NCBI RefSeq assembly: GCF_001652585.1 | Contig: NZ_LWLG01000002.1 | Coordinates: 243,506-275,505 of the forward strand | Direction of reading: 5' to 3' | Length of the DNA stretch: 32,000 nucleotides | Origin: Thermosulfurimonas dismutans | GTDB taxonomy: Bacteria; Desulfobacterota; Thermodesulfobacteria; Thermodesulfobacteriales; Thermodesulfobacteriaceae | Shown: one piece after another, positions 1 through 6,540 of the stretch | Numbering within the stretch: the first letter of the stretch is position 1 | Layout: every line of letters begins with the position of its first letter | Position numbers and translations under genes: made by a program | The notes under the pieces: model-generated | Databases searched by the model: none | What the model was told of the DNA's origin: nothing | What the model saw: only the letters and a program-made list of their open reading frames with translations

Positions 1-128
1 GCGACCTTAAAGGCCGCCTCTCTCACCATCCTTCCGTTTACGGAAACCACCCCGGAGCGAATGAGGCGCTTGACCTCCTTTCGAGAACCCCAACCGGCTC
101 GTGACAGAAACTGGTCGAGACGAATCAT
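1..128 (-). CDS. rRNA pseudouridine synthase (RsuA/RluB/RluF type), N-terminal S4 domain only; the gene runs off the left window edge
   Basis: Not in the ORF track because it is truncated by the window. The reverse complement from ATG (128-126) reads MIRLDQFLSRAGWGSRKEVKRLIRSGVVSVNGRMVREAAFKV. This is the canonical S4 opening (RLDKFL..G..SR.....LI..G.V.VNG) of this synthase family. It starts 5 nt after the stop of the upstream MEMO gene. Confidence 0.7.
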   Translation of the reverse strand, partial: MIRLDQFLSRAGWGSRKEVKRLIRSGVVSVNGRMVREAAFKV

Positions 129-133
129 GGCTT

Positions 134-1327
134 TCAAAACGCAAGTCCAGCCGCGGCAATGGAGACCAGTGAACCGGGGCCGAAAGGTACAGCCTCCTGG
201 TAATAAATCTCTCCTTGGGGGTCAAATCCAGAAACTAGGTTGGCGACGAACAGTAGGGAGCTCAAGCCGCAAACCTTATAGGGTAAAGCCCGGCAAGCCT
301 CCTCAAGAAATCGTTGGTAATTTCCAGAAAAAAGGGTCTCAAGGAGGGCCCGATCGGTGGCGATAGCCATAGCCCCCTCCTTCTCCCCGGCCGGATAGGG
401 ATCTCCGTAGCGAACCCCTAGGTGAGCGAAATCTATACTTACAACCATGTAGGTCCGCTCATCCCAGGCCTCCCGCAAGACCGAACACAGTTTCTCTAGT
501 TCCGGAACGGCCTCAAAGGGGTCCCGGTGATCTCGGAGATAAAGGTCCAGAGGTCCAAACAGGATGGGGATCACCGAAAAGTCTGGGAAAAGATACTGTA
601 AAAAGATGATCTGAAATTCCAAGGCATGTTCGTGGCGGTGGGCAAACTCATCGGGATAAAGTTCAGGCACTTTGGCCAAAAGTCCGGCCAGGAAATCCCT
701 ATCCACGGATATCCTTCCGAACGGAGTCTCTAAGTCCTTGGTGAGAACGGAAAAGGGTTTTTCAAGCTGATGACCGGTGCCGATGAGAACAATCCGAGCC
801 TTTTCTGGAAGATCAAAATTCCGATAGGCCGCGGCATAGCCCTTGGCTCCGGACGAAATATCCAGATGCGGAGCCACCAGAATCCTAGGAGAGAAACTCC
901 TCTGAGATTGAACTTGGTCCAGGATACTATCAAGAAAATTTCGCAGGGCCTCGGGGTCTCGAGGATAAGCCTTTCCGGCATGGGCCGGGGGACGCACCAG
1001 AAGAGCCTTCCAGGAGCGCTCCACCTCTTCCTTCAGGCGCTTAAAGGCCTCGCCGTCAAGAAACCCGTAAGCATCCAGTTTTCTAACGAGTTCGGCCACC
1101 TCTTCAAGCATCACCAGGCGCCCAAAGCTCCGGGTGGCCGCCACCTGGAGATCACGCAGACTGTGCCGTCCGTCCATGAGAGCCAGGATCGGTGCCAGGG
1201 CCTGCGGAAGAACCAAAAAATTTTCGGTATATCCCAAAGGATCGCGGAGAACCAGAGAAGGCTTTCCCTGCCATTCCAAGGGGATCACCTCAATGGGCCT
1301 AAGGATCGGCCGGAAATCCGGGGTCAT
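134..1327 (-). CDS. MEMO1-family protein (AmmeMemoRadiSam system protein B-like), long form with an extra N-terminal domain of about 110 aa
   Basis: 397-aa ORF. The MEMO core begins near residue 112, with RPPAHAGKAYPRDPEAL, VAPHLDISSG, VLIGTGH, HEHALEFQIIFLQY, VVSIDFAHLG and KVCG. The start ATG overlaps the upstream stop (ATGA at 1324-1327). Confidence 0.8.
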   Translation of the reverse strand: MTPDFRPILRPIEVIPLEWQGKPSLVLRDPLGYTENFLVLPQALAPILALMDGRHSLRDLQVAATRSFGRLVMLEEVAELVRKLDAYGFLDGEAFKRLKEEVERSWKALLVRPPAHAGKAYPRDPEALRNFLDSILDQVQSQRSFSPRILVAPHLDISSGAKGYAAAYRNFDLPEKARIVLIGTGHQLEKPFSVLTKDLETPFGRISVDRDFLAGLLAKVPELYPDEFAHRHEHALEFQIIFLQYLFPDFSVIPILFGPLDLYLRDHRDPFEAVPELEKLCSVLREAWDERTYMVVSIDFAHLGVRYGDPYPAGEKEGAMAIATDRALLETLFSGNYQRFLEEACRALPYKVCGLSSLLFVANLVSGFDPQGEIYYQEAVPFGPGSLVSIAAAGLAF

Positions 1328-2106
1328 GCCAGCCCTCCAAAGTCCTCCGGAGCAAGTTCTCGGCAGGCTTCTTTTACCCTTTCCAAGGCCTCGTAGAAAT
1401 CGTCCTCGATAGTGCGTACTCGGACACCGTAGGCCCGTTGTACGGCCTTGCGCACGATCTCGCCTTTCATGAGGGCGTTGGTCCAGCCCAGTTCCGCATA
1501 CTTTTGGTTGACCTCCTGATTGAGCTCAAGAAGTTTTTGGGCCCGGCGACGACGCTCCTCCACGGCCTCGGAGAGGGGTTCCTCAAGGAAACGATCGATC
1601 TTGGCAAGGAGGCTTTCATAAAAACTCGCCGGGAAACGGGACTCGAACTCTTCAAGCACAAAACCGAAGGTAATGAACTGAGGTTCCTTGAAATAGGTAA
1701 AGAGATCGGCTTCGATAGTTTTCGGATCCGTGCGCAGAAATTCCTGGAAAAGCCGATAGGCCTGTTTTGACTTTTCCTTCACGTTCGGCGGTTTCTCGGT
1801 GTTGAACTCTAGGATGTGAAGATATAAGTCTTCAGGGGCTACAATAGCCAGCACCTCCCGCGCCCCAAGGTCCCGCAGGGCTTCTAGTCTATGTCGGCCA
1901 TCAACTACGTAATACTTGCCCTCATGGGCACAGACCACAATGGGAGTTACAAACCCGAGCTTTTCAATGGCGAGCTCAAGATGCTTTTTCAAGCCTTCTG
2001 AGAGATCTCGCTGAAAGGGAGGCAATTCAACCTCCTCAACTTCAAAGACCGCAAGACTAAGAGGCATCTTCTTTACCGGATCCTCAAAGCGGGCAAGTTC
2101 CCTCAT
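1324..2106 (-). CDS. ParB/sulfiredoxin N-terminal (ParB-like nuclease) domain protein with an unassigned helical C-terminal half
   Basis: 260-aa ORF containing KYYVVDGRHRLEALRDLG, a ParB-N/Srx-type DGxHR/GxxR box. A purine-rich SD (GGGGGGAG) lies just upstream of ATG 2106. The stop overlaps the MEMO start. Confidence 0.75.
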   Translation of the reverse strand: MRELARFEDPVKKMPLSLAVFEVEEVELPPFQRDLSEGLKKHLELAIEKLGFVTPIVVCAHEGKYYVVDGRHRLEALRDLGAREVLAIVAPEDLYLHILEFNTEKPPNVKEKSKQAYRLFQEFLRTDPKTIEADLFTYFKEPQFITFGFVLEEFESRFPASFYESLLAKIDRFLEEPLSEAVEERRRRAQKLLELNQEVNQKYAELGWTNALMKGEIVRKAVQRAYGVRVRTIEDDFYEALERVKEACRELAPEDFGGLA

Positions 2107-2116
2107 GATCTCCCCC

Positions 2117-2344
2117 CTAAATACGCATATCGACTATCAAACCTCGGTAGAACCTCTCCGGTTCACTGAAATAGCGATAGTAGAAACTACCTCGCTTGCC
2201 ATAGAAATTGAATTCCGGTGGCATCCCCTCATAATTAAACGTAGGGACCTTTTCAGAATTCCCTTTCAAAGGGATAAACATTTTGGTATTTAAGTAAAGG
2301 GTTGAGGAGAGGGCCAAATTAAGTATCCTCAAAAAGGAGGACAT
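2117..2344 (-). CDS. Candidate aromatic-rich small ORF (75 aa, or 54 aa from the internal ATG at 2281); it may instead be the 5' leader of the ParB-like operon
   Basis: Open frame in an AT-rich spacer on the same strand as the ParB-like/MEMO operon. Its stop TAG (2119-2117) sits inside the SD of the ParB-like gene. The C-terminal part reads FNYEGMPPEFNFYGKRGSFYYRYFSEPERFYRG (11 Phe/Tyr in 33 aa). Neither candidate start has an SD, and I recognise no family. Confidence 0.2.
   Translation of the reverse strand: MSSFLRILNLALSSTLYLNTKMFIPLKGNSEKVPTFNYEGMPPEFNFYGKRGSFYYRYFSEPERFYRGLIVDMRI
2260..2274. promoter_or_regulatory. Perfect 15-bp palindrome TCCCTTTcAAAGGGA in the divergent control region
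   Basis: 7-bp arms around a single central base, read directly from the sequence. It lies about 155 bp upstream of the ParB-like start and about 90 bp from the flgM-side promoter. No binding protein is known. Confidence 0.25.
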
Positions 2345-2350
2345 AAGGGT

Positions 2351-2378
2351 TAAAGTTTTTTAAGGTTTTTACCGATAT
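2351..2378 (+). promoter_or_regulatory. Sigma-28 (FliA/SigD)-type promoter
   Basis: TAAAGTTT (2351-2358), 12 nt, ACCGATAT (2371-2378). The consensus is TAAAGTTT-N11-GCCGATAA (E. coli FliA) or TAAA-N15-GCCGATAT (SigD). It sits directly upstream of the sORF and flgM, and flgM is a classic sigma-28-dependent gene. Confidence 0.6.
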
Positions 2379-2405
2379 TAAATAATGGAAATATTTCGAA
2401 GGCAA
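2377..2405 (-). promoter_or_regulatory. Possible sigma-70-type promoter firing leftwards toward the ParB-like operon
   Basis: The minus strand reads TTGCCT (2405-2400), 17 nt, TTTAAT (2382-2377). Its -10 overlaps the -10 of the plus-strand sigma-28 promoter. This is a pattern match only. Confidence 0.3.
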
Positions 2406-2412
2406 GCTGAAA

Positions 2413-2592
2413 ATGACGATCAACTTCCCGGATCTAAAAGAGGTAATTAAAATATATAACCGAAAGGGGGCTAAGCGACCTCTACTAACAGCCGAAAAAA
2501 CGGAAAAGACAAGGGATAAAATAACCATTTCCGAAGAAGCCAGGAAGTTGGCCCAAAAGATTTCAAGGAAAGAAGACAATCTGGGAGGCTAA
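2413..2592 (+). CDS. Candidate small protein (59 aa) immediately upstream of flgM
   Basis: Below the track's length cutoff. ATG 2413 to TAA 2590-2592, hand-translated without stops: MTINFPDLKEVIKIYNRKGAKRPLLTAEKTEKTRDKITISEEARKLAQKISRKEDNLGG. It ends 3 nt before the flgM ATG and lies downstream of the sigma-28 promoter. DKITISEEARKL resembles the D-x-V/I-x-L/I-S segment of FlgM-like proteins. The SD is weak (GAAGG). Confidence 0.4.
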   Translation: MTINFPDLKEVIKIYNRKGAKRPLLTAEKTEKTRDKITISEEARKLAQKISRKEDNLGG

Positions 2593-2595
2593 AAG

Positions 2596-2907
2596 ATGAA
2601 AATCAAAGATGTCAATCCTTATCTTCAAACCCCGACCACAGACGTAAAAAAGGCCGGTAAAGGGGAACGGCCTGCTCAAGGTAGCGAAAGACAGGCCGAA
2701 AAAGTTAAAACCACCCGCGAAGACAGGATTGAACTCAGGAGTTCGCAGATAATGGAAAGAGCTAAAGCCCGGGTCCGGGAGATGCCTGAGGTCAGGGAGG
2801 AACGAGTGGAAGCCCTCAAGAGACAGATAGAGTCTGGAAGCTACAACGTCCCTCCAGAACAAGTAGCCCGGGCCATGCTCTCCGACCTTCTGAAGGATAT
2901 CTTCTAG
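2596..2907 (+). CDS. flgM: Anti-sigma-28 factor FlgM
   Basis: 103 aa. The C-terminal VEALKRQIESGSYNVPPEQVARAMLSDLL matches the FlgM signature (V..lk.aI.sG.Y.vd...iA..ml). GGAGG lies 6 nt upstream of the ATG, and a sigma-28 promoter lies further upstream. Confidence 0.85.
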   Translation: MKIKDVNPYLQTPTTDVKKAGKGERPAQGSERQAEKVKTTREDRIELRSSQIMERAKARVREMPEVREERVEALKRQIESGSYNVPPEQVARAMLSDLLKDIF

Positions 2908-2913
2908 CCCCTT

Positions 2914-4971
2914 CTATTCTTCCTCAATCCGGCCGGGCTCCTTGGGAGTGTACTCCTCAAGGGGCTTCACCACAAAGAGCAACTGACCCTCAACTACACT
3001 TTCGTTAACTTTCACACAGATTTCTTCTATCACACAGTCGAAGGGAGCATAGACCGGGGTCTCCATTTTCATGGCCTCAAGATTGGCAATCTCCTCGCCC
3101 TTGTGATAGATATCTCCAACCTTGAGTTCGCCCCGCTTGGGGTTCCCTAACCGCCAGACATTACCTTTGATGGGCGAGCCTACCTCGTTCGAGCCCTTGG
3201 CCATCCGGACCTCTTTCTTCTTGACCCTAGGAGTCTTGACCTCAAAGACCCGGGTCTTGTTGTTGACCTTCACCACCACGTGGATGACCCCATCATGCTC
3301 CGCTCCAATGGAAACGAGCTCGATGGTATAGGGTTTACCCTGAAAATAAAATTCCACCTTGTCGCCGGGTTTCTTTAGGCCGTATCGAAAGACGGGAGAG
3401 GGGAGCACATAGGGAGCCTCTCCGTACTTCTCGAAAAACTCGAAGAATTCCAGGGCATCTTTGGGATGCATGAGATAGATGATGAATTCCTCTTCGGTAG
3501 GCTCACGACCGAGTTTATCCTGTAGTTCCCGAAAGGCACGATCCAAGTCCTCTTCCGGCACGGTCTCAAGGGGTGAGGCTTCGGTACGTTCCTTGATCTT
3601 TTCTTCCCACTCTTCGCCAAAGGCACTCCGATAGACCCACTCATCCGGCCAGCCCGCAGGCAGTCGCCCATACTTTCCAAGAATAAGATTTTTGAAATCT
3701 CCGGGAGCGGACTTGAAGAGATCAAGGAGTTCGGCCTGCTCTTCCTCGTTCATAGCCGAAAAGTCGCAATTTTTCTCCTCTACAAACTTGGTAAGCAGAT
3801 CCAAAATATGCTGCACTCCGGCCTCACCGTGTTCCTTGGCGTAGCGGTTTATAATACCGGAACAGGTAACCCAGGTGATCTGAGAGCCGGGAGTAACGTC
3901 GAAGTACTTTACAATGCGGTTGTAAAGGGACATAAGCCTCAGGATATAGGGCATGAGATGTAAGAAACCGTTCTTTTCGGCCTGCTCGAACGAGCTGGGA
4001 AAGGCCCCACCGGGCATACGGTGTTTGACCACCATGTAGTCAAAGCCCTTAAAGGGCGACTCTGCCCAATCGTAATAGTTGATCCATTCTCTTACCTTCT
4101 GGACGGCAAGCTCAGCCAATTGAGGATTGAGGTTGACCTTGAAACCGGCCTCGGTGAGATAGGCGTAAGCCGAAAGCATGGGCGGCTGACCGTAGAACCG
4201 ACAGAGGGAGTCTTCCTCTACGTCAATGATCTTGACTCCGGCCTCTACCGCCGCCAGATACGCCGGAAGGGCCAGCCCATCTGTAGTGTGACGGTGATAA
4301 TGGATCACCAGCTCCGGATACTTGTCCTTGATGGCCGAGACCAGGCTACGGATGCGCTCAGGGCTACCCACTCCGGCCATGTCTTTGATACAGAGGATAA
4401 TCTCTTCGGTGCCTCCGCAGAGGGCCACAATCTCGTCCACCACCCGAAGGTAGTAATCGTTGTCGGCCCAGTCGGCATCCGTAAAGGAGATGGCGGGCTC
4501 AAAGAGTTTACCTCGCTTCATTACCACTTCGGCCACCGTACGCATGTTCCGAATGTCGTTCAGAAAGGAAAAGCACCGCCAGAGGTCTATATCCACCCGC
4601 GAGACCACGTACTCGATCACGTTCCGGGGATAGGGTCGATAACCCCAGAGATTGGTCTCCCGGATAAGGGTCTGGAGCATGACGTTCGGCATGAGACGCC
4701 GGTAGGTCCGCAATTCCTCGAAGGGACTCTCCCGACGATTCATGATTCCTACATGCCAGCGGGCCCCACCGTGGCATTCGGCACTAAAAAGCCCCATTTC
4801 GTTATAAATGGGGCAGAGGGTCTTGAGATCGATCAAACGATGGCGATTCTTGTAATCCGACTGCCCAGCGTCCCTCAATGAGGTGGAAGTAAAAAACACT
4901 CGATCGCTTTCCCTAAGTGTTTTTACGATTTCGGCAGGTGTCATTCCGGGAGTTATGCGAATAAGGTCCAT
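2914..4971 (-). CDS. Biotin-dependent carboxylase, carboxyltransferase plus biotinyl-carrier subunit (pyruvate carboxylase subunit B / 2-oxoglutarate carboxylase large-subunit family)
   Basis: Contains the HMGL-like/PYC_OADA carboxyltransferase motifs CIKDMAGVG and HYHRHTTDG, plus a C-terminal biotinyl domain with EAMKME. The track ORF starts at 4983. I prefer ATG 4971 (MDLIRI...) because GGAGG lies 5 nt upstream of it. Confidence 0.9.
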   Translation of the reverse strand: MDLIRITPGMTPAEIVKTLRESDRVFFTSTSLRDAGQSDYKNRHRLIDLKTLCPIYNEMGLFSAECHGGARWHVGIMNRRESPFEELRTYRRLMPNVMLQTLIRETNLWGYRPYPRNVIEYVVSRVDIDLWRCFSFLNDIRNMRTVAEVVMKRGKLFEPAISFTDADWADNDYYLRVVDEIVALCGGTEEIILCIKDMAGVGSPERIRSLVSAIKDKYPELVIHYHRHTTDGLALPAYLAAVEAGVKIIDVEEDSLCRFYGQPPMLSAYAYLTEAGFKVNLNPQLAELAVQKVREWINYYDWAESPFKGFDYMVVKHRMPGGAFPSSFEQAEKNGFLHLMPYILRLMSLYNRIVKYFDVTPGSQITWVTCSGIINRYAKEHGEAGVQHILDLLTKFVEEKNCDFSAMNEEEQAELLDLFKSAPGDFKNLILGKYGRLPAGWPDEWVYRSAFGEEWEEKIKERTEASPLETVPEEDLDRAFRELQDKLGREPTEEEFIIYLMHPKDALEFFEFFEKYGEAPYVLPSPVFRYGLKKPGDKVEFYFQGKPYTIELVSIGAEHDGVIHVVVKVNNKTRVFEVKTPRVKKKEVRMAKGSNEVGSPIKGNVWRLGNPKRGELKVGDIYHKGEEIANLEAMKMETPVYAPFDCVIEEICVKVNESVVEGQLLFVVKPLEEYTPKEPGRIEEE

Positions 4972-4983
4972 GGTGACCTCCAT

Positions 4984-6441
4984 TTACATCCATTTTTGGG
5001 GCCCTAAGGCCGAAATCTCGGCTACATAACGAGCAATCTTGAGAACCTCCTCGTCGGGATCGGTCTCTTTGAAGGCCGAGATCAACTCTTCCATGTGTTC
5101 CTCGATAAAGCGAGTGGAGAACTCTCCGGCCCTGAACTGCGGATGCCGGATAATGCTTATGAGAAGAGGCGCAATAGTCTTGACCCCTTCCACCCGAAGT
5201 CCCCGCGATAGTGCCCGATCCATGACCCGGATGGCCTGATCCCGGTCGGCTCCGGCGCTCATGATGAGCATAAACATGGAGTCGTAGTAAGGAGGAATCT
5301 CGGCCCCCTCGTAAACTCCACTTGAAATTCTGATATTGGGTCCGTCCGGAATTTGGAGTCGAGTAATGGTTCCAAAAGAAGGCGCGAAGGTTCGAGGATC
5401 CTCGGCCGTAAGACGGCACTCAATGGCCCAGCGGTTGCTCCGAATTTCGTGCTGTTTGAGAGGCAGTGGCCTTTCTTCCGCGATCTGGATCATGAGGTCC
5501 ACGATGTCAAGGCCGGTGGCCAGCTCCGTGACCCCGTGTTCCACCTGTAGCCGGGTATTGACCTCGAGAAAATAGAATTTTCGCGTAGAGGCATCGAGTA
5601 GGAACTCCACTGTACCCGCAGAATCGTAACCTATCTCCCGCATAAGCCTTATAGCCGTGAAACAGATCTCCTGGCGCAGGTCTTCGTCGAGGGACGGCGC
5701 CGGAGTCTCCTCTATGATCTTCTGGTTGCGCCGCTGGATGGTGCACTCCCGTTCGAAAAGATGAACCACGTGTCCATGCTTGTCGCCCACGATCTGGACT
5801 TCTACGTGGCGGCCTCTTTCGATATATTGCTCTGCAATGAGGCTCGAATCTCCGAAGGCCTTGTAGGCCTCGGATTGGGCTTGGGCAAACTTTGAGGCCA
5901 GCTCGTCCTCGTTTTCCACCTTAGTCATTCCTTTCCCGCCTCCCCCGAGAGCGGCCTTGAGCATGATCGGAAAATCCACCTTCTCTCGGCGCATCCATTC
6001 CAGGACCTCTTCCGGACTCTGCGGATCCTCAATACCAGGAATGGTGGGCACGTTGGCCCGCTTGGCAATCTCCTTGGCCGCTTTTTTGTCGCCCATGAGA
6101 GCAATGATCTCGGGGTTGGGCCCGATCCAAGTTAGCCCGGCGTCGATCACCTTGCGGGCGAACTCGGCGTTTTCGGCCAAGAACCCCCAACCCGGATGGA
6201 CGGCATCCGCCCCCGTGGCAAGAGCGGCCTCAATGATGCGATCCATGTTGAGATAAGATTTGAGCGGAGGACCCTCGCCGATATGTACGGCCTCATCGGC
6301 CATGAACACGTGCAGACTCAAACGGTCCGGGGTGCTGTAGACCGCCACCGTAGGGATCTTTAGATCCCGGCAGGTCTGCATGATACGCACCGCCGGCACA
6401 CCACGGTTGGCTACCAAAATTTTGTTGATCTTCCCAGCCAT
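4984..6441 (-). CDS. Biotin carboxylase subunit (pyruvate carboxylase subunit A / 2-oxoglutarate carboxylase small-subunit family)
   Basis: 485 aa with KILVANRGVPAVRIMQT and the ATP-grasp glycine loop GGGGKGM. It has an EVNTRLQVEH-type catalytic region (FLEVNTRLQVEHGVTE). It abuts the carboxyltransferase gene with no gap. Confidence 0.92.
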   Translation of the reverse strand: MAGKINKILVANRGVPAVRIMQTCRDLKIPTVAVYSTPDRLSLHVFMADEAVHIGEGPPLKSYLNMDRIIEAALATGADAVHPGWGFLAENAEFARKVIDAGLTWIGPNPEIIALMGDKKAAKEIAKRANVPTIPGIEDPQSPEEVLEWMRREKVDFPIMLKAALGGGGKGMTKVENEDELASKFAQAQSEAYKAFGDSSLIAEQYIERGRHVEVQIVGDKHGHVVHLFERECTIQRRNQKIIEETPAPSLDEDLRQEICFTAIRLMREIGYDSAGTVEFLLDASTRKFYFLEVNTRLQVEHGVTELATGLDIVDLMIQIAEERPLPLKQHEIRSNRWAIECRLTAEDPRTFAPSFGTITRLQIPDGPNIRISSGVYEGAEIPPYYDSMFMLIMSAGADRDQAIRVMDRALSRGLRVEGVKTIAPLLISIIRHPQFRAGEFSTRFIEEHMEELISAFKETDPDEEVLKIARYVAEISALGPQKWM

Positions 6442-6492
6442 GGGATACTCCCGAGAGAAATTTTGGCTTCAATACCATAATTTTTGAGGGTC

Positions 6493-6521
6493 TTCAACTT
6501 CTGAAAAGGAAGACTTATCAT
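6493..6521 (+). promoter_or_regulatory. Possible sigma-70 promoter for the MarC-family gene
   Basis: TTCAAC (6493-6498), 17 nt, TATCAT (6516-6521), about 20 nt upstream of the ATG at 6541. Pattern match only. Confidence 0.3.
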
Positions 6522-6540
6522 TTAGAGACTGGAGGAAACT

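Noticed and set aside
7-366. Track ORFs 7-225 (-) and 61-366 (+) at the left edge
   Set aside because: Their Arg/Pro/Gly-rich translations match no family. They overlap the MEMO gene and the far better supported S4-domain reading frame (ATG at 128, minus strand).
770-1412. Plus-strand ORFs of 208 aa and 92 aa antisense to the MEMO and ParB-like genes
   Set aside because: These are shadow ORFs opposite a confidently assigned gene. Their composition is Arg/Ser/Pro/Gly-rich and low in complexity, and they have no SD.
2105-2293. 62-aa plus-strand ORF in the divergent spacer
   Set aside because: Its ATG overlaps the ParB-like start codon region in antisense. It has no SD and no recognisable family. 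I kept only the same-strand sORF, as a low-confidence candidate.
2319-2862. Minus-strand ORFs 2319-2579 and 2563-2862
   Set aside because: They are antisense to the sigma-28-driven sORF/flgM unit. The translations are hydrophobic and Ser/Phe-rich with no family resemblance. flgM on the plus strand is clearly real.
4021-4881. 286-aa plus-strand ORF inside the carboxyltransferase gene, and similar long antisense ORFs at 7384-8040, 8215-8871, 11362-11979, 13498-13857, 18271-18822, 24148-24603, 24591-24947 and 29810-30232
   Set aside because: All lie opposite genes with strong family motifs and give Arg/Pro/Gly/Ser-rich products. These are typical frame-shadow ORFs in GC-balanced coding DNA.
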